This document shows positions 43,975 to 52,607 of a DNA stretch of 64,000 bases, one piece after another (the first letter of the stretch is position 1; the number at the start of each line of letters is the position of its first letter). The stretch comes from a virus. Both the position numbers and the translations under genes were made by a program. Below the pieces are notes generated by a model, which made no database searches, was not told the DNA's origin, and worked only from the letters and a program-made list of their open reading frames with translations. The DNA is taken from IMG/VR virus record IMGVR_UViG_2785510761_000001; one strand, written 5' to 3'.

Positions 43975-44670
43975 ATGACTCAGACCCACACCGTCCACCC
44001 CACCCAACTCATCGGCATCGGCGGCCGCAAGAGACACGGCAAAGATGCCTTCGCTTCCCTCATTGGTGAGCAGGATCCGGACGCTTGGATCGTCACCGGC
44101 ATGAGTGTCGCGCTATTCGAGGCAGCCCTCGTGTGCGACCCGCTGATCCCTCTTGCGCGGCCGCACCGTCGGCGCTGGCGAAGACGGCTGAGTGAAACTT
44201 CACCAGCCATTCTCTACCTTCGAGAGCGACTGAGGATCGAGCGGTTCAAGCATGTGCGGCTGTCACATTTGGTGATGGCGGTTGGTGAGACGGCAGCGAA
44301 AGAGGTTCCCGAAGTGCGGCAGTTCTTGCAGCGTCTGGGCACCGATGTTGGCCGGGACATGATCGACCAGGATGTCTGGGTGCGCGCCGCCGGCCGGAAG
44401 ATTGAGCAGCTCCGCGCGCAGGGGAAGAACGTCGTGATCACCGGCATCCGCTACCCGAACGAGCTGGCAATGGTGCAGAGGCTCGGCGGAACAACGTTCT
44501 GGGTAGAGCGCCCCGGCATGCCCGTAGATGCCAGCGACAGTCACGTGTCAGAACACGCACTGTCACTGCGGGACTTTGACCACGCCATCATGAACATTGG
44601 GACTCTCGACGACTTGCGTGAACAGGCGCTCAGCTGGGTGAAGATCCGCCCTCAGGAGACCGCGCATTAG
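43975..44670 (+). CDS. Deoxynucleoside monophosphate kinase (phage-type)
   Basis: IGIGGRKRHGKD, EVRQFLQRLGTDVGR, IRYPNE, HVSE. Confidence 0.85.
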   Translation: MTQTHTVHPTQLIGIGGRKRHGKDAFASLIGEQDPDAWIVTGMSVALFEAALVCDPLIPLARPHRRRWRRRLSETSPAILYLRERLRIERFKHVRLSHLVMAVGETAAKEVPEVRQFLQRLGTDVGRDMIDQDVWVRAAGRKIEQLRAQGKNVVITGIRYPNELAMVQRLGGTTFWVERPGMPVDASDSHVSEHALSLRDFDHAIMNIGTLDDLREQALSWVKIRPQETAH

Positions 44671-44698
44671 ATACTCACACCAACGATAGGAGCACATC

Positions 44699-45112
44699 AT
44701 GAACATCAGCAAGCACACCGGCGGCTACGAGATCAAGAACTTCCGCGCGCTCAAGACTGGCGCACTCGAAGGAACGATCTACCTGAACGGCAAGCGCATC
44801 CTGACCGTCGAGAACAGCGGCCGCGGCGGCTGCAACATCTACCACGGGTTCGAGGGCACTGGCCAGGCACAGCCGCTCGCAGACTTCCGCGCCTACGCCG
44901 CCGAGCACTTCGGAGATTTCGAACCCGAAGACCACCTCGTGTTCGCGCTCGCGGATGTGAAGCGCATCACTGCGTTCGCGAAGAAGCACGGTCGCTCCTT
45001 CGCAGATACCGCCGGCGATCTCATCGCGGAGTTCGACACCTGCGGTGAGGATGGCTACTACGAGCACGATGCCAAGTTCCTGCGCCACCTTGTCGCGGCG
45101 GTATCTGAATAA
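44699..45112 (+). CDS. Hypothetical protein
   Basis: RBS AGGAG, motif at 44660-44668; NSGRGGCNIY. Confidence 0.75.
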   Translation: MNISKHTGGYEIKNFRALKTGALEGTIYLNGKRILTVENSGRGGCNIYHGFEGTGQAQPLADFRAYAAEHFGDFEPEDHLVFALADVKRITAFAKKHGRSFADTAGDLIAEFDTCGEDGYYEHDAKFLRHLVAAVSE

Positions 45113-45174
45113 ACGAACACCCCATGCGAAGCGGTGTGCCCTCAAAATAGGCTGCCGCCGCGCATTCTCATGGC

Positions 45175-45480
45175 ATGACCCACCCGGAGCCGTCGCCCGT
45201 CAACTATTGCCCGGTGCACGGCGACCTACTCGTGCAGGACCGGTTCGGGCGTAACACTCGAAGCGACCGCTGCGCCGACGCGCACTCGATCGCGCAAATC
45301 AACGCGCTCGTAGCCGGGCCGAACGAGATCGCCGACGCGATCGAGAAGCTCGCGGAGAGCCATCAAGCTTCCGTGTTCGGGAGCGCAGTGCATCTGGCTG
45401 CGAAGCTTGGAGCGCCGCTGATGATCAGCGCCCCGCAGTGGCTGCGAGACGTCGCGGCGCAGCTGCGTGCCCGCGCGTAA
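45175..45480 (+). CDS. Hypothetical protein
   Basis: Leaderless after motif at 45158-45166. Confidence 0.65.
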   Translation: MTHPEPSPVNYCPVHGDLLVQDRFGRNTRSDRCADAHSIAQINALVAGPNEIADAIEKLAESHQASVFGSAVHLAAKLGAPLMISAPQWLRDVAAQLRARA

Positions 45481-45487
45481 TCAGGGC

Positions 45488-46225
45488 ATGGCCATCAACA
45501 CTGAACTCTGTGCCCGCGTCCGTGTGGAAGCAGTTATCGCGCGGCGACACATGGGGCCGCAGGCATACGCCGACCTGCTCGGTGTCACCGTGCATGAGCT
45601 TCGCTCCCTCGAACAGCAGGCAGGGGCCACCAAGGTGGTGGCATGGCGTCAACTGTCCGAGCCCGTGCTCCGGTCGCTGTTCGATGCGTACCTAGAAGGG
45701 CGAGAAGTTGCGGCGCGGTTCTGCTCCCGGCACGGGTACTCCGTTACCGGTTTCACGAAAGCTGTCAGCGAGCAGTGGCCGGAAGAATGGGGGCTCGCGC
45801 AGGAGGAGAAACGGCCTGAGGCGCGGAACCTGTACAAGATGGGCCGGAGCCTTGAGCAGCGCACCAAGTTGAGGCTCATGGCTGCCGGTCACTTCGTCGT
45901 CCGCTCCGCAGGGTCGAAGACCGCCGCTGACCTGGTTGCCGCGAAAGACGGCATCATCTGGCTTGTGCAATGCAAGCGAAGCGGCGCACTGCCGCCCGCA
46001 GAATGGAACGCGCTCATCGACGCGGCGCACATGGCTGGGGGAGTTCCAGTGATGGTGGAGAACCCGCACGCCGGCACCGTGAACTGGTGGCAGCTCGACA
46101 CGAAGAAGACTGGGCGAGGAACCGGCACGAAGACGAAGATCCCGGCGCCGGTCGCGCTCCGGAACGTCGACATGTTCCAGCTCGAACAGCTGGTTGACGC
46201 AGAACAGGCTGAGCTCGCTGCGTAG
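45488..46225 (+). CDS. HTH plus Hjc-like PD-(D/E)xK nuclease (Holliday-junction-resolvase-like)
   Basis: GRSLEQR..L...GHFVVRSAGSK..ADLVA..LVQCK; CCGCG-CGTAAT at 45471-45481. Confidence 0.7.
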   Translation: MAINTELCARVRVEAVIARRHMGPQAYADLLGVTVHELRSLEQQAGATKVVAWRQLSEPVLRSLFDAYLEGREVAARFCSRHGYSVTGFTKAVSEQWPEEWGLAQEEKRPEARNLYKMGRSLEQRTKLRLMAAGHFVVRSAGSKTAADLVAAKDGIIWLVQCKRSGALPPAEWNALIDAAHMAGGVPVMVENPHAGTVNWWQLDTKKTGRGTGTKTKIPAPVALRNVDMFQLEQLVDAEQAELAA

Positions 46226-46317
46226 CTGAGCGTCAGCGCAGACTTCACGGGTGCTGCGCGCCGAAACTCGTGCGCCCGCGCATTCTCAGGGAAACCGATT
46301 GAGGAGACAGGCGTGCG

Positions 46318-46881
46318 ATGAACGAGCAAGTGAACCGCGGACATGACGACAAGATGAAGTTCGACGGCCGCAAGTCAGCGAAAACGTTCCTCCGCAAAAT
46401 GCGGATCAAGAACCAACACCCATACCGGTGCACAGTCTGCCGCTACTGGCATCTCGGCCATCTCCCTCACGACGTACGGTTCGGGGCTCAAGCTTCCAGC
46501 GCGTTCACGCCGCTGCCGCATGGAGGAGGTCACACCTCCCTGCACACGAACAGCGCTGCACGTGAGCGCGCACATGAACTTCTCTTCGACGAGAACTGGA
46601 AAGAGATCGTCGCCGCCCGCGTCGTCGCTCAGATCGCGTTCGTGCAGAGAACCAAACAGCGAAACCCCTCCCTCCGCGAGGCGGCTGAGCTCGGGGAAGA
46701 ATACTGGCAGGCAGTCGGCGAGTCACCGGCCGGGTGGCGCAGCACGCCCGAGGACTGGCGCGCAGCGATCACCAACGCGACCATGATTGCGCTCGCCCGA
46801 ACAAGCTGGATCACGTTGGACTCCCGCGGCCGCGACGTGCGAATCGGACACGCCTACGAGCGAATGTTGAACGCCGCATGA
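46318..46881 (+). CDS. Hypothetical protein with YRCTVCRYWHLGH zinc-ribbon-like motif
   Basis: RBS GAGGAG, motif at 46276-46284. Confidence 0.7.
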   Translation: MNEQVNRGHDDKMKFDGRKSAKTFLRKMRIKNQHPYRCTVCRYWHLGHLPHDVRFGAQASSAFTPLPHGGGHTSLHTNSAARERAHELLFDENWKEIVAARVVAQIAFVQRTKQRNPSLREAAELGEEYWQAVGESPAGWRSTPEDWRAAITNATMIALARTSWITLDSRGRDVRIGHAYERMLNAA

Positions 46882-47315
46882 CACAGGTACACGCGTGGGG
46901 CTGGGCTGCGCGGCGAGCGCGCGGCATGCTGGTGGTCGCCGCGGAGCCGGGGGAGCGCCTGCAGCAAGTTTGGGCTCGCGCGAACCGTCCGCTGTACGCT
47001 GTCCGCGCGACAGCCCTCGCGGCATTGCTCACTGCCATCGTCTGCTTCGCAGCAAGTATCCCCGCCCCGCCCGCGTTCTGGGTGATCGCCACTGTCGCTG
47101 CGCTCACCTGGACCGTTGCTCTGCTGCGCACCGGCGCGCTAAAAGGCTACGACCCCGACCATTGGGCGTGGGTGCAAGCGACAGACATCTGCGCCACTTC
47201 GAGGGAGCTTCGACAGGTTGTCATTGCGCTTGAGTCTGATCCGGACTCCGCAGAACTCCGCGAGCAGTTGTACGACCTGATCACCGCGCATACAGAGCGC
47301 AACCACGAACACTAG
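46878..47315 (+). CDS. Two-TM membrane protein
   Basis: ATGA-coupled, hydrophobic hairpin. Confidence 0.65.
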   Translation: MTQVHAWGWAARRARGMLVVAAEPGERLQQVWARANRPLYAVRATALAALLTAIVCFAASIPAPPAFWVIATVAALTWTVALLRTGALKGYDPDHWAWVQATDICATSRELRQVVIALESDPDSAELREQLYDLITAHTERNHEH

Positions 47316-47331
47316 GCAAGGAGTTCAAGCC

Positions 47332-47505
47332 GTGCAGAAGGAACCCACCCTCGACTGCCAAGCGTGCGGAGCCACCCTGAAAGCTCTCACCCCCGCGCAG
47401 ACGCAGGCGGTCGCCGAGAACCCATACAACTTTGTCGCGTACTGCCACCGGAAAGCCTGCACGGAACAGGCAGAAGCTGAAGCACGGGCGGAGGGCCTGC
47501 TATGA
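47332..47505 (+). CDS. 57-aa CxxC/CxxxxC peptide not in the ORF track
   Basis: GTG start after AAGGAG; CCGCGCATA at 47284-47292; stop overlaps the next ATG (ATGA). Confidence 0.65.
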   Translation: MQKEPTLDCQACGATLKALTPAQTQAVAENPYNFVAYCHRKACTEQAEAEARAEGLL

Positions 47506-47987
47506 CCACGATCATCGAGCCGTACTACGACATGCGCGGCTACCGGCGCACCGGCCGCACCGTATTTTGTCAGCGCTGCCACCGCACCGTGTACACAACG
47601 CACGCGCCCGGAAAGCCGGGGCTATCCCAAGCGGAGATGCACGCACGCTCCCATGAACAGCTCGGCTGTGAAGCGAACGAAACCAGGTACTCCGATCACC
47701 AGGCGCTCACCGCATACCGACTCGACGAACGCACCACACGCATGATCCGTCTGGGCACCGCAACCCGCGGGAACTCGCCGATTGCTGGGTGGGGGAGGTC
47801 ATCACTCGCGCGCACCGTGCGCTGCTCTGAATGCAACGCGCAGGTCTACCGCACCAATGTCGGCGCCGCTGACGGCGGAGTGCGGATCGTGGAGATCGAA
47901 GCGGGCAAACACCTACTGACCCAGCACCTCGGCCTGCTGGACCGCACCGACCCTGGAGCGCTGGCGTTCGCCCACCTCGAAGGGTAG
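47502..47987 (+). CDS. Hypothetical zinc-binding protein
   Basis: CQRC..H..H and CSEC..H..H. Confidence 0.7.
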   Translation: MTTIIEPYYDMRGYRRTGRTVFCQRCHRTVYTTHAPGKPGLSQAEMHARSHEQLGCEANETRYSDHQALTAYRLDERTTRMIRLGTATRGNSPIAGWGRSSLARTVRCSECNAQVYRTNVGAADGGVRIVEIEAGKHLLTQHLGLLDRTDPGALAFAHLEG

Positions 47988-48017
47988 CGACTGACACGTG
48001 CCGCGCATTCAGCTGGC

Positions 48018-48599
48018 ATGAGCACCAACCGCCTGAAGCGACTCATCACCCGGCGAGCTGAAACGATATCAGCAAGGAAACGGCAGCTTGAACTCGAGCA
48101 GCGCGCCGACGAAGTTGTGCACGCATTGAAGCGGGGTGCACCGCACGCCAAAAGAGACGGCAACCAAGTCACGTTCACCATCACCGAGAAGCTTCGAGCA
48201 AGCTGGCACATCACAGCCGGTCTAATCCTCGCCGGCCTCGGAGCGGGGTTCTGGTGGGACGGGCACATCCCATGGACGACCATTCAAGCGCCAGTCTGGG
48301 GGCTGGTCTCCATCATCCTCATCGGCCTGACCGTGGCAACAGTCGGACTTCTGGCGAGGCAGTGCACATGGTCGCTGACAGTCGCGCTCGACGACCCGCT
48401 CATGCAAGACATTGCGACCCGCATCTACACCATCAACTACCTGCGAAACCTGCGCCCCGAGCCCGGGCACAGCGACAGACTCATGCATGAGAAGCTCAAG
48501 CTCAACCGCACTGTCATCAACGACCAGCGCACCGAACTGCGGCGAGCGCCATCGAAGCTCAGCGAGACCATCGCGCAACTGCCAAGTCGCCGGCGGTAG
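48018..48599 (+). CDS. Two-TM membrane protein
   Basis: Leaderless after motif at 48001-48009. Confidence 0.7.
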   Translation: MSTNRLKRLITRRAETISARKRQLELEQRADEVVHALKRGAPHAKRDGNQVTFTITEKLRASWHITAGLILAGLGAGFWWDGHIPWTTIQAPVWGLVSIILIGLTVATVGLLARQCTWSLTVALDDPLMQDIATRIYTINYLRNLRPEPGHSDRLMHEKLKLNRTVINDQRTELRRAPSKLSETIAQLPSRRR

Positions 48600-48960
48600 C
48601 CGCGCTGGGTACGGCCGCTGCGCAGCCTCCCAGGTCACCCCCGATGACCGCACACCCAGTCCGGCGGTAGCCGCATCCGACGCTCGCTCGACATACTATG
48701 AGCTCCCTCGCTGCGCTCGGTCGCATCGCCTGCCGGTCTGCCGGTTCGGGTCGCCTGTCTCAGGTCGCCTGCGGCTCCCAAGTCTGCCTGCCCTCGCTGC
48801 GCTCGGGCTTGTCTGCCGGTTCGCCTGTCACACCGTAAGCCAACTTGTCTGCCTCACCAGTCTCACCGTCTCACTGATCGTCTCTCCTCCTGTATCTCTG
48901 ATCGTCTCTCCTCTGTTGCTCACCTGTCTGTTTGCCTGCTTCGCTGCGCTCAGCTCGCCT
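48590..48960. repeat. Repeat-rich non-coding region; candidate oriT/ssi
   Basis: CCGGCGGTAGCCGC x2 (48590, 48661), CCCTCGCTGCGCTCGG x2 (48705, 48791) plus partial at 48941, CTGATCGTCTCTCCTC x2 (48874, 48898). Confidence 0.55.
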
Positions 48961-49751
48961 GCGGCGGGCCTCCTGATTTCCTGGCTCCCTCGTATGCTCA
49001 GCTTCTCTCGTGATCCGCTCTCGTCATCCGCTCTCATGATCGGCTGCGGCTGCATCTTCCCCTGCATGCTTGGCCTCCGGCGGGGCCGTGTTGGCTCTGC
49101 GCGAAAGCCACGCCACTGGCTGCCGCCGGCCACTGCTTCTGGGGTGCGCCGCAATCAGGTTCATGTCTCTGTGGTCCGCGCTGCGCGCCTGCCTGGCGGC
49201 TTGCGTTTCTGGACTGTGGCTGCTGCTCCGTGAACTTCGGGGGTCGCGCCTGCCATTCATGAACGGTAGTGTTCGCTGCTGTCAATCTGTTCGCAAAACG
49301 CAACGACGACATGCTGAATCTCTGAACGATGATCGATGGTCAGAGCGGGCGCATGCTGGGCTACGAAAGTCACGTGAGAGGCGCGTGTTAGCTTCGCAAG
49401 CAACAGCGGTAGGCGCGCAGCGCGGACCACCTGGCCAAGATCAAGAGAGCGAGCACACGCCCCCGGCAGGGTGGGGTCAGCTGGCAGCAGATGCGCTTTC
49501 CGCAGGAACCGACCCGAGCAAGATGGAGTCGCCGACCAAAGGAGGCAGCGACAGCGAAGCGGCCAGCCCAGAAAGACGGAACGAAACACAGACCGGAAGC
49601 CGATAAGTGAGGGTTCCGGGATGGGTGCAGAGACGACGCGGGATGGCGGGGAGGCGGGCGGCGCGGCTCGGCGGCCGTAGACGGCGAATAACGCCAGATT
49701 ATCTCCGGTTCTGTCCAATAAATCAGCGTAATAACCCGTATGTGATGGGGC

Positions 49752-52607
49752 ATGCGAAATCCCTTCCAAGCCAAGGTCTTTTCTTTCCGCAAAACGGGCA
49801 GTCCGGTGGTGTCGAGCGCAGAGTTTGTGCAGCGTTCAGCCTCTGTGATCCCGAACATCCCGAGCGGTGCGACGTTTATTGCGCGCCGCACTGAGCGTGG
49901 GCTCGAGCATTTGCTGGTCACGGACGACGATCCGGGCCAGGTGGGTGCTGCGTTCGCGGTCGCGCAGGCTGTGCACGCCGAGTCTGTGGAGCTAGAGGAG
50001 GCACCTGACCTGGGTGAGGCGAGTGAAATTGCTCGCCTGTTCTACGGCCGCCGATCGCAGATGTCGATGGCCACCGCGGCGGGCGTTGAGGTGACGACCA
50101 TCGCTGAAATCATCGGGCACACATTGCAGATGGGTGACTGGGTGGCGGTCAGTGTTCGGCGCCCGTACCGGCGTGAGCCGAAGGTGTGGAAGCGTTGGCT
50201 GACGAGCGGGCTGGGAGTGATGACGAACCCGACTATCGCTCCTGGGCAGCAGGTCGCTCAGATTTGGGCGGGGTCGGATCACGGTAACGCTGGGGCGAAC
50301 GCCCGCGCCATCGCTGGCGCGTTCCCTGGCTTCGGAGTGCAGCCGCAAGCCGCGCGTGTGACTGGCATGAAAGAGCTCCGCCGGTCGTGGGCCGTGGCAG
50401 GTGCTCTGCTCACCGTCGGGCTGCTGGCGCGGTTCGTGTCCGCGAGGTACACGGGCATCCCGTATGTCGATCTGAATGGCTGGGTGATAGGGGCTGGGGC
50501 GGCGCTGTCCGTGTACTCGCTGCTCGCGGCCGGGGTGATCCCGGGATTCATTTTGCCTGGCCCTTGGAAGCGCCTGCGGAGGCAGCTGTCGTGGGGTCGC
50601 GTGCCAGTCGCGCCGCGGAAGTATGACCCAGTGAAGGCACCGACTCCGGCGACAACTGACCGGGAGACCGGAGCCATGATTCCAGCAACTGAGGGTGAGT
50701 ATCCGCTTGCTCGCACCGCGTTCGCTGTCGCACCGCACTACGCTCTGTCCATCGTCATCCCGCACGCTGGCGCGTTCTCAAACGTCGGCGCAACCGCGCA
50801 GCGTTCAGCTCCGCCGGCGCTCACCGTTCCGGCTGTCGGCCCGCAGATCGGAGTCAGCGACGATGCTCCAGCGTTCCTCAGCTGGACGGATCTCTGGGCG
50901 GGCACGTTCCTGATCGGCCGTCCCGGCTCCGGCAAGACGGCGCTCATGGAATGGGTGTGGGGCGAAAGCTGCAAGCAAGTGGCAAGTGGGAAGCAGCTCA
51001 CTCCCGTCGCGTTCGACACTAAGGGTGATGGCGAGTTCGCGAAGCAGCTCAGCGCGTGGGGTGCTGAGCACGGATCTGCGGTGCGCGAGTTTCATGTTGC
51101 AGATCGTTCCGCCGGCGTATCGATCGACCTGTTCCCCAGCACCGGTGACGCGTACTCGCAGGCGCGCAGGATCGTTGACACGTTCGTGTACTTGTACGGT
51201 GAAGTCAGCGTAGGTGCACGCTCGAAGGACACGTTGAGCCGGGTGTTCCAGGCCGCGCTCGCGATGACCCCTGATGTGGTGGATGGGCTGGCGATGAACG
51301 GCCAGGGAGACATTCGCATCCAGGCCGGCAAGTCACCGTTCTACTACGCCAACGTGCTGCTCGGCGGGCTCGGCGATGCTCCGGGTGTGATGCTTGCGGA
51401 TCGCATCTCCGCTGTGGCTTCGACAGAAGGTGCAACGCAGGAGATCGTCGATGCGAGCCAGGGGCTTGCCCCTCTGTACGGCGGCGGGGCGACACCCGCG
51501 AAGCGCCGTGACCTGGTGGAAGCCCCCCGCAACAAGGTGAGCGCGCTGCTCGGCATGGAGCACTGGTGGAGCGCACCGAACAAGGTGAGCTGGCGCGACC
51601 TGCTGCACAGCCACGAACCGGTGGTCGTAAACACTGGCGTCGCTCCGAACGGCGACCAGCCCAGCGATCAGCAGATCGTCGAGGACATGGGTTCACTGCT
51701 CCTGTACTCGTTGAAGCTGGCGATTCAGGAGCACTGCCGAGGTTGGCAAGCCCAGGAGCGCGCTGTGCGCATTTTCTCTGACGAGGTGAAAGCAGTCGCC
51801 GCTGCAAGCCCTGAGGTCGTGAAGTGGATGCGATCGGACGGGCGCGCGTTCGGTGTGGAAGCGATCTTCGCAACGCAGCAGCCTCGCCAGCTCCCCATCG
51901 AGGTGCGGCAAGAAGTAATGACGTTCGGCAACCTCATCGCTTTCACGCAGAACGACCCCGCGACCGCCAGGGAGATCGCGGATGACCTGTCGCTGGACGG
52001 GTCTGAATGGGAGCCACAGGACGTGGCCACACTACCGAAATTCCACGCCATCGTACGCGCCACGTTCGAGCAGAACCGTCAGGCACCGTTCACCGCGGAG
52101 GTGCCAGATTTTCGGGCGAAGCGCATGGCTGTACTGGCACCTGCCGGGCAGCCTGAAACGGCTACCGCCGGTGTAGCCTTCGCCGACATTTCCGGTGTTG
52201 GGACGCTGACCGTGGCGGTGCCATCACGCTGGGAGCAGGTGCAGATGCCCGGTCGCCTCATCGGCATGCAGGAGGCAGACGAGAACTCGTACCGCGCGAA
52301 CCTCAGCGTGACTGCAGCACCAGAAAGCGTGCTCTCCCCAGTGCAGATCCCGGGAGAGCTGAAACGTCAATTCTCCGGGATCCCAGGGTTTGAGCTGACC
52401 GGTCTGAACCGTCTCATGTTCGGCAGCCACGCTGGTTGCTTCATTTCAGGGTCAGCACCTTCGGAATCGGGCGAGCGGCTCTGGTACGCGGCAGCGTCAG
52501 TCATCATCAACGGTGTACGCGTTGACATGATCGGAGCCGCCCTCGAATCTGACGCTGTTCAATGTGCAGCACTGACTGAAGTCTTTGAGAGCGTCGAACT
52601 CGGATGA
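49752..52607 (+). CDS. VirD4/TraD-like type IV coupling ATPase with N-terminal TMs and C-terminal extension
   Basis: GRPGSGKT Walker A, VRIFSDE Walker B, GRAFGV..IFATQ..QL, FGNLIAF. Confidence 0.8.
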   Translation: MRNPFQAKVFSFRKTGSPVVSSAEFVQRSASVIPNIPSGATFIARRTERGLEHLLVTDDDPGQVGAAFAVAQAVHAESVELEEAPDLGEASEIARLFYGRRSQMSMATAAGVEVTTIAEIIGHTLQMGDWVAVSVRRPYRREPKVWKRWLTSGLGVMTNPTIAPGQQVAQIWAGSDHGNAGANARAIAGAFPGFGVQPQAARVTGMKELRRSWAVAGALLTVGLLARFVSARYTGIPYVDLNGWVIGAGAALSVYSLLAAGVIPGFILPGPWKRLRRQLSWGRVPVAPRKYDPVKAPTPATTDRETGAMIPATEGEYPLARTAFAVAPHYALSIVIPHAGAFSNVGATAQRSAPPALTVPAVGPQIGVSDDAPAFLSWTDLWAGTFLIGRPGSGKTALMEWVWGESCKQVASGKQLTPVAFDTKGDGEFAKQLSAWGAEHGSAVREFHVADRSAGVSIDLFPSTGDAYSQARRIVDTFVYLYGEVSVGARSKDTLSRVFQAALAMTPDVVDGLAMNGQGDIRIQAGKSPFYYANVLLGGLGDAPGVMLADRISAVASTEGATQEIVDASQGLAPLYGGGATPAKRRDLVEAPRNKVSALLGMEHWWSAPNKVSWRDLLHSHEPVVVNTGVAPNGDQPSDQQIVEDMGSLLLYSLKLAIQEHCRGWQAQERAVRIFSDEVKAVAAASPEVVKWMRSDGRAFGVEAIFATQQPRQLPIEVRQEVMTFGNLIAFTQNDPATAREIADDLSLDGSEWEPQDVATLPKFHAIVRATFEQNRQAPFTAEVPDFRAKRMAVLAPAGQPETATAGVAFADISGVGTLTVAVPSRWEQVQMPGRLIGMQEADENSYRANLSVTAAPESVLSPVQIPGELKRQFSGIPGFELTGLNRLMFGSHAGCFISGSAPSESGERLWYAAASVIINGVRVDMIGAALESDAVQCAALTEVFESVELG

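Larger units (their letters stand above)
5365..45481. promoter_or_regulatory. Dispersed class II upstream motif CCGYN-(C/A)RTAAT
   Basis: Minus: 7710-7720, 8644-8654, 31231-31241, 32434-32444, 33353-33363 (each 6-7 nt before ATG); plus: 45471-45481; variant CCGCT-CGTAAG at 5365-5375. Confidence 0.75.

Noticed and set aside
48412-49233. 273-aa plus-strand ORF and overlapping minus-strand ORFs in the 48.4-49.7 kb gap
   Set aside because: Low-complexity S/L/R-rich translation caused by the repeats and strand skew; no RBS or motif; treated as non-coding.
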